Shown piece by piece: positions 13,401 through 25,600 of a stretch of 64,000 nt of DNA. Both the position numbers and the translations under genes were made by a program. The notes under the pieces were generated by a model that was given only the letters and a program-made list of their open reading frames with translations, did not search any database and had not been told where the DNA came from. The stretch is from NCBI RefSeq assembly GCF_001194135.2, contig NC_068981.1, forward strand, positions 169,310,605-169,374,604. Direction: 5' to 3'. Every line of letters begins with the position of its first letter. The stretch's first letter is position 1. Source of the stretch: Octopus bimaculoides (Eukaryota).

Positions 13401-15404
13401 GGTCAGTCGCACACTTAAACAACTTGAATTTAAAGCCGCTTATTTTTGCCCATTAATGCCCGACCTTACATCGGCAATACATTTTAGGATGTTCATATTC
13501 AAGTAAACATTAAAAAGAACAGGTTTGCGATCAAAATAAAAATAAATTACTTCAAATGACTTTTAACATACTAAATACGTTTAAAGAGCCGAAAATACGT
13601 AAGATTATCTACATTTCATATTTACTTTCCTAATCCATTTGTTCTCAAGTAGACATACCATCCAGGCCAATTTTTACCTTTCATCCATTTCTGGACTGCT
13701 GTGATATACAACAATATACTCTTCAAGGTATTGGCTAAACGAGTGTTAAAAATAAATATAGTTAATCGATTGTCTGACACATCTAACTTTTTATTATAAA
13801 AACTAAGTTTCGTTGAATTACTATCACTAAAATTTCTCACAATTCACTCATAAGCATTATAAAAAATATAAATTTTCGACTGAAGTTTCTTTCTTTTTTT
13901 TTGCGAAACAAAACCTGTGAAAAAATATTCGGTTTCTTAAAAGGAAACATAGTTCAATAATGTCTATAATAGAATGGTTATATAATTCCGTTTCAAGTCT
14001 GTGGAGAATAAATTATAGTATACACATTTTAGAAGGGTAAAAGTTTTTTCTGAACTAAACTTTCAACATAGTTTTGAAGAAGACAAGATATTGTCGATGC
14101 TTAGCCCTGGTGCAAATTTAATTGAGCAAAACAATAATGAAAGAGTATCTAGCTGTGACCATCACGTGTTTGTAGTTGTTGTTTAATCTTGAGCACCCCT
14201 AATCAAGTAGAGCTAAAATGATAAGCATTCGATCTGTAGCTACCCCATTTCTTTTTAGGGGTTTGAAATGTAAATTGTAATTTATATGTAAATTTAGTTA
14301 GTGATGATTTATTGATCCTCAAAGTATGCTCGCAGCCATTTGAATGTTTAATAATAAGTTCAGTATTACTTTCATAAAGACGTTCATATATGAAATTGGG
14401 TCCCACATTTATCTTCAGCATTATTGTAGATAAACATATACAGATAGTTGGTTATAATGCTATCATTCTTGTTAGCATTGCTGCATGTTTTGATATTGAA
14501 CATTGTTATTCTCTTTCGTCTTGTTGCGTTGTAGTTGTTCGTAATGGCCGAATCGGTGGAAAGGGAGTACACATAAGATGAGGAAGTGATGTGTGAAGAG
14601 AAGACGAAATGGACGTTAATCTGTCGACTGTTATTAATGAAGAGTTGTTTTTCTCCAGGCTGCTACTTGTAATGTTTATTGTTGCTGTTAATTGTTGATA
14701 GTTCAGTCCTTAATAGATGCAACACCCAAAAGCCGTATAGGCATCTCTTTCTCCATTAATGACAAATCGTTTAATGTGTGTATGTATGTATGCATGCATG
14801 CGTGTATGTATGCTTGTATGCGTGTGTGTGTTCTCTTCTGTTTTTAATTATTTGAATTCTTCATTTGAGGAAGGAGCTGGTTCCTAGCACAATTATTAGT
14901 ATCAGTCGTTGGAATGTAGATAACAAAAACAAATTGACATTTTAGACTTGAGAAAAGTCTTGCAAATATTTAAAGTGTTCCACGTACAGACTGCATTTAT
15001 AATGTGCGAATTAGCTGGTTGATTTCTTTTTTCAGAAAAGCTTCGCTTATCCAGATTGTAAATTGGGCATTTGCTCAAAACACCGAGTGCAACAATTATG
15101 ATTGATATAAATGTGAATTTATAATCTAAACTCGAGGCTGGAGTTTTCGAATCAGTTGTTCTTAGTTATCCACTTTCTCTTTGATTTTAGAAGAGATATT
15201 CACATCAGCAGTGCAGCTGATCGCTACGACGACACATATTTTTCATGTCCGTCTCAACAACAATATCCGATATGTTATGACAGACGTTTTGATGGGAATG
15301 TTTCAGCAATATTAGCAGTGTTGATATGTGTGTATGTATGTTGATATTTGTGTATGCATTCAATAACAGGGATATACTCCATATTTATTTCAGGACAGTC
15401 TTTT

Positions 15405-15750
15405 TCATAATTTTCCTGATTTTAATGAGGGTCCAAAGATCCTACCATTTGAGGTACAGGCAGCTATCAAAATTGTGCTAGCAAACAAAACTGTTGGGTG
15501 AGACGGAATTGTCATTGAGATGACAAAAGCATTAGAGGAATATGGAATTAGAAAACTGGCAGATGTAATAAAAAATATCTATAATGATGGTAAATTTCCA
15601 GAAAATCTAAGGAAATTCATTTTTATTGCACTCCTGAAGAAATCAGGAGCGGTGGACTGTGAACAACATTAGTGTCATGAGTCACGTTGCAAAGATCATT
15701 CTGAGAATTTTACTTCTGCGGGTAAAAAGCAGAATACGGCCTTGAAATAT
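15405..15750 (+). mobile_element. RTE-clade LINE reverse transcriptase N-terminal fragment
   Basis: Translates to GPKILPFEVQAAIKIVLANKTVG*DGIVIEMTKALEEYGIRKLADVIKNIYNDGKFPENLRKFIFIALLKKSGAVDCEQH / SVMSHVAKIILRILLLRVKSRIRP. This matches the RTE pattern EV..A.K....K..G.D.I..E..KA ... F..IPKK.GA..C..YRTISLMSH..KI. Confidence 0.85.
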
Positions 15751-15759
15751 TCATAATAT

Positions 15760-17520
15760 TGAAAACGACTACTCTAATCTCAACTGTGTAAGAATTGTTA
15801 CCGAGGTCTTTCTATGACTCTCAGTGGTTGCAACTAAGATAATAGGTATTTTTGCTATATATAAACACTTCAGCAATTGAATGCGGAATAGTTCGAATGC
15901 TTTCCTATAATCAGGTCATACCGTCGCAATGTTTCTAATGTGTTTACATCAAACTCTGCAGCTCTGTTTACCAAAAGTTGTTCGGTACATCTCCAACTGT
16001 CTTCTCAACAGTCACTATATTGTTGGATTTACAATGATCCTGGGGAAATTGACTAGAGCAATTGCGTACTGTTTGTTTAGGCAAGCAATGGGACAATATT
16101 CTTTGCTAACTCTGTGGTTTCATTCTTGGCCACAAGATTCCTCCGTGATATAGGAAGATAATTTGGAATGTTAATCTAACGTTCCGTAGTCCTTTAAATG
16201 TAAATATTAATAGTTTTCTGTAAGATGTCAACCTCTTGTACCAATATCCAACCATTAGATCTCATCTAAGTGCCTTTCCCCCTTATACAGTTTGCTTACA
16301 GATGTAGTGAAAGTTTTCAAGTCACTTGTATATGCTTTACCGACAATGTTGGTAAAGTATTCTCTCCTAACTGCATTGCATCACGATGCATTAAAGTTGA
16401 AATCCCTCTTCGTATTCCAGATTTGTGATGATAATGATTCAAGATCTTTTTGAGAGGAGGTTTTCTTAACAGGGTTTGCTTCCCTTCCTCATTAGTCTGT
16501 ATAATGCACGTGGGTTAAAATCAAACCTGTAACTGATGCTGGCTCATTTTAAAATGTTCTCAGTGTCCTGAGTGCGCGCTTTAGAGGTTGTGGTGAAGTG
16601 TCACCATAGAGTTTTGTTATTTTTGCATACGATGCAATTACATGAGGTCTGAACTTATTACTTCCTTTACATATTATTAGCATGGTCAACCATTCACTAT
16701 GGTGGCGCAGATTGTTCATATGTTTTTCCAATTTTTTACTAAATAGAAAGGTTGTTTCCGTTTAGTAATTTCATTACCATATATAGTGCAGATTTCTCGT
16801 CGATAAATTTCGAAATTAGAGCAGTTGGAGTTTTCTTTAATGTAGTTCAGAAGGGCCTGTCGCTAAAAGATAGGTTTCGAAAAAGCAAGCAAGCTTTTTA
16901 CGAGCTGTGGTTTCAAGATGTTCCTAAGTCGAAGATATGTTACAGTCGTTTCTGTTGACTCAGCTATATTTAGAGATACTCTAGAATTTAGTGATGGCGG
17001 GAGCAGTGTGTTTACATCATTTTCGATCCGTCTTTTGGCAAATTTTGGTAAGTTTTCAGTGTTTCCAGAAGTTCGATTATCATTACGAAAGCAAGTAACT
17101 TTTGTCACTTTTGTTCCCGAAGTTGTTCCGCCGTAAAAGTGTTGAAGTTGGGGTGACCTTAGTCCCGGTATGTTTTTAATTGCTTCACATGTCCGATAGA
17201 AAGATTATCGTGAACCTTTTTCATAGCACCAAAGTAGATCTTGGTTTAAATATAAAGTCCAAGTAAAATGAGAAGAATACTTAACGTCTTAAATAGCTTA
17301 GTGTTGTTTACATCCATGGCGGTTTTATTTGTTCCAGCAACAATTGTGCCAGCAAAATTCTCTGTGGTATAAGGCATATCTTCTAAGATCTCAGAATGAT
17401 TCTACGTTAGTAAGTAAAAGGTGTCTCTTATTTGTGATTGGAAAATGGAAATAGTTACAAATTTTAGACAAGAGGAGTCGACATAAATTGTCAAAGTAAA
17501 CTTCAAAAATTATTTTAAAC
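15760..17520 (-). mobile_element. R4/Dong-like non-LTR retrotransposon, 5' half of ORF, heavily degenerate
   Basis: Minus-strand pieces read FTWTLYLNQDLLWCYEK and HPNFNTFTAEQLREQ (R4/Dong N-terminal WT...N.DL..CY...HP....T.Q.L..Q motif). They are followed by KEYCPIACLNKQY (YRPI.CL) and DYRKAFE..QLLKCLYIAKIP (RT domain 3, DY.KAFD). Many stops and frameshifts. Confidence 0.7.
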
Positions 17521-17587
17521 GACACTCTACGCTTGCACTTGCACGTCTAATGTTGACGGCACCAGGTTGTATGTATATGGGTATGTA

Positions 17588-17588
<1 letters not shown>

Positions 17589-17640
<52 letters not shown>
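17589..17640. repeat. (TA)n microsatellite
   Basis: Directly visible, next to the 5' end of the R4-like element. Confidence 0.95.
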
Positions 17641-17652
<12 letters not shown>

Positions 17653-20600
17653 GTAAGTACATATATAAGTATGTACGTATGTATGCATGCATCATTGTAT
17701 ATAATAAGATCGAAAATTGTTCAGAGTTGTCACAGAATGGCCAGATATCAGATTCACACTTTACAGAGTTCTGCTTTGAGTTGATATTAATTTATTTTCC
17801 GAGGCTATCTCTCTTGTGATACCTAGACAGAGTTAATCCTTAAGATAATAAGTTTCTTCTCCTCTGTGTAGATGGCAATTAAATCGTTGATAATTTAATG
17901 ACTCACTGATTTTGCATCAGTTTCCAATTAAATTTCTTAGTTTTCATTTGTTCGTAGGAGATTGAGGGCTGCATTATCAAAAATAGTGCTGCGCATTCCA
18001 CAAGTATTCAAAAATACATTGGATACACTCCTAGAAAAACCCGTCATTTAAAAGAGTCTGTGACAGACTGCATTTTCGAAAATTTCTTTCACTTTAAGAC
18101 ACTATGGTGCGGTAATTCAAGGTTAGTATACGGTCTGTCTTTGATTCGTTTTCAAATAGTATATCAAAAATAGTGAATCCGACACCTTTGGTTTTTTTCC
18201 TGGTATGTAGAATACGCAACATATTCTTATATTTATTTTTTGGATCCGATTTATTGTGTGCAGTCGATCGGTCATTGATAAAATGGTAGAAATGGTAAGG
18301 ATTCAAGCGCATTTCATTTGTTTTGAATCAGTAAATGAAAAACAGCGTTTACAAAAGTCGCAGATATAATATTTCGTTGGAAAGGATGATGTTTGTAAGA
18401 AAGAAGTAATGTACGAGAACGGAAGTTTCAATCGCAGTGGAGTTAAGCATGATCTTATTACACTATGAAATCCAGCACTACATCGGTGAGTTGTAATAAG
18501 ACTTGCTTTATACTTCAAAAGTTACAATTATTGCGTGATAAAGACATTATTTATTAGTTAGAAAGTAGAAGAGATTGATTCGATATATCTATCTAGAATC
18601 ATTGTCCATACAAACTATTCATATATCATAACTCAAAACTCTAGGGAAGTTTTGATAATGATTTATGATACAAAAATAAACAAAATTTTCATTCTCAAAG
18701 GATATAATAATTTTCCAGAATCTTGCAGCTTCCTTTTCGTATGATTATAAAATACTGCTATGCATTTATGTAATTCCGTTTAATGTAGCATGTTTGTTAT
18801 TATATCTCCTCACCAAGACTTTTTTATGGGAAATACTGCCAGACTAGAGAACATAAAAGTCTTCTAGTGACTGGCTCTGGACTGTGTCTCAATAGTTTAT
18901 CAGTGTCAATAAACATCATAAACTACTGATGAAATATTTAAAATATAGTTTTTACAAAATCGCAAGAGCAACATCAACAATAAACGTCAAGAACAGCAGC
19001 CTGAAAAAAGCATAAAGCAAAAAAGCAAAACTAAACACACCGACAACAGTAGACAGATTATCATTAATTTTGGTCTTCCTTCTACACTATTCTCCTTCAA
19101 CCTCCTCCCCGGCATCATGATCATTTTTACACCGACCACGACGACGACCACCGCCGACGCCGTCACCACCAGCACACTCCAGCAATATCGCCAACAACAA
19201 TATAAGAACAACATAAAGGAGAAAAATAATTTAAAATATGGAAACAAGGAGCTATACCAAGAGGTATAACAGTATAATAAGCAACAGAGTGTATATTGTT
19301 CATATTGTACAATAGTGTTGAAGATAATGGAAGCCTAAATATTTTAGGAGTAGATAGAAACCAACAACCTATAAGCAAATGGGAAAATGGATGCTAATAA
19401 TCAGAAATTAGTAAGTAAATTACTATTAATTAAATTTACATTCATAATAACGAGAAGAAAATCAGTATCTTAAGGTGTAATTGTAATTGTAGCCTAGAAA
19501 CATAGGTGAGGCAACCCAGGAATATAGACCAAAATTCCTCTAACTGAGGTATCTATTATTTATACATACATTCAAATATATAAATATATTCACGTACATA
19601 TACACACACAAACACACACACACAGACACACACGAACGGATTTACGTGCATTATATGTATACATGAAGTATATATGAATATATATTTACATATGTATACA
19701 TATACACACACATATATACTCATATACAACTCAGGCATTTATATTAGAAACCACATAGGATAATCATACATATATGTGTGCGTATAGATACATGTGAGTG
19801 TATGTATGAACGTTTGTGCGTGGAAAAGAACTAGATGGGACCATATGAATATTAGCAAAAATGTCCAATGAGAACGTTTGGCAGAAGCAAACACGATTTT
19901 CTGATCGATAAAAAATACTTAGGTAATATCCGCAAATCCAGCTTGAGTACATTGACTGCCGAACGCTAATATAGCGACGGTAACATGTTTTCTTATTGTA
20001 GTTTTTGAAATCAATAAACTACATTTTATTGTGTTGTTTTGTGTAGTCTGTGCTTTGTAGCTCATAGTTATATATGTTTATTGATTCTTATATACACATA
20101 AACAAAGACACATGAACACTTTCAAATACACAGACATCGTTATATATATATATATATATATNNNNNNNNNNNNNNNNNNNNNNNNNNNNNNNNNNNNNNN
20201 NNNNNNNNNNNNNNNNNNNNNNNNNNNNNNNNNNNNNNNNNNNNNNNNNNNNNNNNNNNNNNNNNNNNNNNNNNNNNNNNNNNNNNNNNNNNNNNNNNNN
20301 NNNNNNNNNNNNNNNNNNNNNNNNNNNNNNNNNNNNNNNNNNNNNNNNNNNNNNNNNNNNNNNNNNNNNNNNNNNNNNNNNNNNNNNNNNNNNNNNNNNN
20401 NNNNNNNNNNNNNNNNNNNNNNNNNNNNNNNNNNNNNNNNNNNNNNNNNNNNNNNNNNNNNNNNNNNNNNNNNNNNNNNNNNNNNNNNNNNNNNNNNNNN
20501 NNNNNNNNNNNNNNNNNNNNNNNNNNNNNNNNNNNNNNNNNNNNNNNNNNNNNNNNNNNNNNNNNNNNNNNNNNNNNNNNNNNNNNNNNNNNNNNNNNNN

Positions 20601-21061
20601 NNNNNNNNNNNNNNNNNNNNNNNNNNNNNNNNNNNNNNNNNNNNNNNNNNNNNNNNNNNNNNNNNNNNNNNNNNNNNNNNNNNNNNNNNNNNNNNNNNNN
20701 NNNNNNNNNNNNNNNNNNNNNNNNNNNNNNNNNNNNNNNNNNNNNNNNNNNNNNNNNNNNNNNNNNNNNNNNNNNNNNNNNNNNNNNNNNNNNNNNNNNN
20801 NNNNNNNNNNNNNNNNNNNNNNNNNNNNNNNNNNNNNNNNNNNNNNNNNNNNNNNNNNNNNNNNNNNNNNNNNNNNNNNNNNNNNNNNNNNNNNNNNNNN
20901 NNNNNNNNNNNNNNNNNNNNNNNNNNNNNNNNNNNNNNNNNNNNNNNNNNNNNNNNNNNNNNNNNNNNNNNNNNNNNNNNNNNNNNNNNNNNNNNNNNNN
21001 NNNNNNNNNNNNNNNNNNNNNNNNNNNNNNNNNNNNNNNNNNNNNNNNNNNNNNNNNNNNN

Positions 21062-21160
21062 AATAGCTGGGTGAGGTTTGTTTTCCATGGGTTCGCAGGT
21101 GAGATTTGAGGCCAGCCAAGGACAGACATGGTCTGTCACAGACTGTGCACACAAAAAGGT

Positions 21161-21191
<31 letters not shown>

Positions 21192-21390
21192 AGTGTATAT
21201 AATATATATATATATATAGGTACATACCAGACGAACCAATGGCTCGTAATGAGACGCAGTTTAGGGCAGCGATGTCAAATTCTCTTATACACCAGATGTG
21301 CCATTAACACTCTTGATTGGACCATATCAGGTGGGGGAGAAGAGCCATGCAAGGAACGTGGAGAGAGCACAGCATAAAGACGGAAAATCA
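21062..21390 (-). mobile_element. LINE 3' end with terminal C2H2-type zinc finger (RTE-like), split by a (TA)n tract
   Basis: Minus strand reads KDLFVCTVCDRPCLSLAGLKSHLRTHGK. A single C..C.R.C.S.AGL.SH.R.H finger is typical of RTE-type ORF C-termini. The upstream part is degenerate. Confidence 0.6.
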
Positions 21391-21394
21391 CGGT

Positions 21395-21704
21395 GGTGTA
21401 TATATATACCTTATATATGCTTGTATATATATATTACATATACTGATATATATATAAATACATTACATATACTTGTATATATATCTTATATATACTTATA
21501 TATACTTTATATATACATTATATATCCTGATATATATGTATTGTATATACTGATATATATATATATACATTACATATACATTATATATACTTATATATAA
21601 ATATACATTGTACATATATATAAATTGATATACGTTATATATATTTATGTATATATGCATTATATATACTGATATTTGTATATAGATTACATATACTTGT
21701 ATAC
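21395..21704. repeat. TA-derived degenerate minisatellite (left part)
   Basis: Recurrent words tatatacttatat, atatacatt and tatatactgatat. Confidence 0.7.
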
Positions 21705-21714
21705 NNNNNNNNNN

Positions 21715-22030
21715 GACTAACTCAATAGCACCACCTGGAAAAGTCTTTTAGTTAATTATTTCGGACACCATGGACCACTCGAGCAGAGAGTTGCTCTTGG
21801 TTGAGACGTATTTAGGTTTAGATGGTTTATCCGGTATTCCCTGGAGGAATTTGTCCAGGTACCGTTTGAAAGTTCTGGGGTCTTGTTCTACTTTAATTTC
21901 TTTTGGGATAACACAGAAAAGTACAGGACCATTTGCAGTGAAGAAATTGTGTCACAATGTTGTGATGTGATCTCGACCTTCGTTTCGGACGCATTGCACG
22001 GGGGCCTAGGCTTGGGGGAATTGTAAACAT
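21715..22030 (-). mobile_element. CR1/L2-like LINE 3' end (ORF C-terminus plus 3' UTR)
   Basis: Minus strand reads TL*HNFFTANGPVLFCVIPKEIKVEQDPRTFKRYLDKFLQGIPDKPSKPKYVSTKSNSLLEW, matching the FK..LD.FL..IPD.P...GY....NSL tail. A related copy lies at 59640-59870. Confidence 0.75.
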
Positions 22031-22061
22031 AATACCAACATCATTTAGATAATATTCGTGG

Positions 22062-22430
22062 AATATATATGTATATAAATATACATTGTATATACTTATA
22101 TAAATTCATACATTATATATACTTATATAAATATGTACATTATATATACTTATATAAATATATTCATTCTATATACTTATAGAAATATATATATTATATA
22201 TACATATATAAATTTATATATTATATATAGGTATATAAATGTATACATTATATATACTTAAATATATATACATCATATATATACATATATGTACCTATAT
22301 ATACCTATATATATACTTATATATATATACATAATATATATACAAACATATATATACTTATATATATATATACCTATATATATATACTTACATATATATA
22401 TATACCTATATATACTTATATATATGCTTA
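22062..22430. repeat. TA-derived degenerate minisatellite, ~27-bp unit (right part)
   Basis: A unit close to tatatacttatataaatatatacatta recurs several times. Confidence 0.75.
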
Positions 22431-23367
22431 TACACACACTCGCACGCACACACGCACACACACACACACACACACATATGTATTGCAAATGAATGACGGA
22501 AGATGGAATATATGAGAATTTATTATTAATCCCGACGATTGTTGAGCATCATACCCTCCTAGATGGGACACTCAACAACTCTTTCAGGAGCATCCAGCGG
22601 TGAAGATGTATCTCTTGAGTGATAGATAAATACAATTCCTTAAAATCACAGTTCCGCAATGTAACAGCCCGTTTTCTTGAAAGAAAAGCTGCCAGACGGA
22701 GTAAATATCTTCATTTATACAGAAGATCAAAAACAAAATCACAGATGGCAAAAAGAAACGAACACGCAATCCCACGAGATAAGTATATATATANNNNNNN
22801 NNNNNNNNNNNNNNNNNNNNNNNNNNNNNNNNNNNNNNNNNNNNNNNNNNNNNNNNNNNNNNNNNNNNNNNNNNNNNNNNNNNNNNNNNNNNNNNNNNNN
22901 NNNNNNNNNNNNNNNNNNNNNNNNNNNNNNNNNNNNNNNNNNNNNNNNNNNNNNNNNNNNNNNNNNNNNNNNNNNNNNNNNNNNNNNNNNNNNNNNNNNN
23001 NNNNNNNNNNNNNNNNNNNNNNNNNNNNNNNNNNNNNNNNNNNNNNNNNNNNNNNNNNNNNNNNNNNNNNNNNNNNNNNNNNNNNNNNNNNNNNNNNNNN
23101 NNNNNNNNNNNNNNNNNNNNNNNNNNNNNNNNNNNNNNNNNNNNNNNNNNNNNNNNNNNNNNNNNNNNNNNNNNNNNNNNNNNNNNNNNNNNNNNNNNNN
23201 NNNNNNNNNNNNNNNNNNNNNNNNNNNNNNNNNNNNNNNNNNNNNNNNNNNNNNNNNNNNNNNNNNNNNNNNNNNNNNNNNNNNNNNNNNNNNNNATATA
23301 TATATATATATAATATTATATACATACTTATATATTTTATGCATATTTATATATTGCTTGGTAACTG

Positions 23368-23530
23368 ATATTGGCGTATTTACGTCGCCGTAACTTAGTT
23401 GTTTTGCAAAAGAGAGCGATAAGTAAGTATTATGATTATAAAGAATAAGTCTTGGGGTCAGTTTGTTCGACTGAAGGCGATGCTCCTGCATGGCTGCAGT
23501 CAAATGTTTGAAACCAGTAAAAGAATTTTT
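23368..23530 (+). mobile_element. SINE family A 3' part
   Basis: tttacgtcgccgtaacttag...gataagtaagta...aagaataagtcttggggtc...gaaggcgatgctcctgcatggctgcagtcaaatg...aaaccagtaaaagaa. Confidence 0.8.
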
Positions 23531-23699
23531 TTTAAATGATGACAAATTTACTTTAGGCACTTGAAGAATTGAAGCGAGGAAAGCTGTCGGGTTCTTTAAA
23601 TACATTATCAATTTGTCAATTGGTAGCTGGTTTTCATTTCGACGTGATAACCTACTAACTGGATTGCATTCTTCAGGTAGCATTTAGATGTTCTCTTTT

Positions 23700-24105
23700 T
23701 TTTCCTTCTTTTATTTGTTTCAGTCGTTTGACTGTGGCCATGCTGGAGCATCGACTTTTACTCGAACAAATCGTCCCCAAATCGAACACACCTTAACCCC
23801 AGGGTTATTCTCTGTAAGCGTGGTACTTATTCTATTGGTATCTTTTGCACACCAACATCTGTTGTGAAGCGGTGGTGTGGGGACAAAAGCAAACATAAAG
23901 CCACACACATAAATGTATATACATATATATACATATATATACGACGGTGTTTTTTTGAGTTTCCGTCTACCAAATCCACTCACAAGTCTTTGGTCGGCCC
24001 AAGGCTAAAATAAAAGACATTCGCCCGAGGTGCCACGCAGTGAGAATGAAACCACAACAGTGTGGTTGGAAGCAAGCTACTTATCACACAACCACGTTTG
24101 CACAT
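23700..24105 (-). mobile_element. SINE family A, near full length
   Basis: Reverse complement of the family A tail, body and tRNA-like head (gtttccgtctaccaaatccactcacaag...aggtgccacgcagtg...aagctacttatcacacaaccac). Confidence 0.85.
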
Positions 24106-24579
24106 ATGTACATAATTTTCATTTATTAGGATATCGTAATGTTTTTATGGAAGATAAAGTTGCATGTAATTGTTAGAAAAGGAATCACTATCTATATGGC
24201 CACGTGATTTTGTCTAACTCAATTAGGGGAATGTCATACGTTTTATCAGGTATAGCATCATTAAAATGTTTCATAAGTCTTTCAGAAATTAGGACGAATT
24301 AATGAGATTTTGGTATTTTATCTCTCAGGTGGAGTAAAATCTGCAGACTCCCTCGTTGGCTCACTAGGATGTAGTAATTCTGTGTGGTGAGACTTATTTG
24401 GCTAAGTTTAAATACGATTTCATATTTAACTGTTGACCATTATATACATCTTCCAGTTTCGGTTTCAATACCTGCCCCCCACCCAAGTCCATTAATATCT
24501 TGTGAATGAAATTTTTTAGACAAAATGTACGTGGAGGCCCGTCCTGCATATGTATGCACGTAAGTGAGCATACCTGCAT

Positions 24580-24621
<42 letters not shown>

Positions 24622-24781
24622 NNNNNNNNNNNNNNNNNNNNNNNNNNNNNNNNNNNNNNNNNNNNNNNNNNNNNNNNNNNNNNNNNNNNNNNNNNNNNNN
24701 NNNNNNNNNNNNNNNNNNNNNNNNNNNNNNNNNNNNNNNNNNNNNNNNNNNNNNNNNNNNNNNNNNNNNNNNNNNNNNNNN

Positions 24782-24830
<49 letters not shown>

Positions 24831-25064
24831 TGCATGTGTGCTTGTGTGTGTGTTTGTGCATCTATCCATGTAAGTGGGTGTGTCTTTTGTTGAACTGGAT
24901 CTCGAAGTAGCTATAAATATCTAAATAATAATCTATAAATATTGGGATGAAAAACCCTCCCGAACAGAAAAAGTCTGATCGTGGGACATGTTTGAACACT
25001 TTCACGTAGATATCAACACCTAGAACAACAAGAACAACACACACACACATATCTATCTATCTAC

Positions 25065-25147
<83 letters not shown>

Positions 25148-25377
25148 TTTGTGTATGTGCGTATATAGATATGTTTATGTCCTGAGTACTACAGGTTCGT
25201 TACAAGAAATTTATAATATAAATACGAGAATTATAAATAAATATCGTGTTCGATATGGTCGCTTACACCCTTGTTTCTATTAAACGGTTCATAATGCCTG
25301 TAGCAAAGTGAGAAGTGCTTCCACACGAATACCAATATTCTCCTAACAACATTTGTTACTAATATTATTATGAAGTG

Positions 25378-25598
25378 AGGGTGGTGAGCTGGCAGAATCG
25401 TTAGCGCGCCGGGCGAAATGCTTAGCAGTATTTCATCTGCCGTTACGTTCTGAGTTCAAATTCCGCCGAGGTTGTCTTTGCCTTTCATCCTCTCAATGTG
25501 GATAAAATAAGTACCAGTTGAATGCTGGTTCGATTTCATTGACTTGCCTCCTCCCCCTCCTCCAAAACTGGAGGCCTTGTGACAAAATCTGTAATCAA
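25378..25598 (+). mobile_element. SINE family B
   Basis: ggtgagctggcagaatcgttagc...gttctgagttcaaattccgccgagg...gataaaataagtaccagttg...ggccttgtg, with a B-box-like GAGTTCAAATTCC. Confidence 0.85.
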
Positions 25599-25600
25599 TA

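Noticed and set aside
5810-15340. Other plus-strand exon candidates (5810-5975, 12302 onward, 15191 onward)
   Set aside because: Each has only one good splice site or stops in the usable frames, and no peptide was recognisable.
16993-17053. Apparent first exon ATGGCG… MAGAVCLHHFRSVFWQIL|gtaagt on plus
   Set aside because: It lies inside the minus-strand R4-like ORF remnant, so it is better explained as a chance antisense pattern.
21070-21160. C2H2 finger as a host zinc-finger gene exon
   Set aside because: It is a single finger with no TGEKP linker, and its pattern and upstream context match LINE ORF termini.
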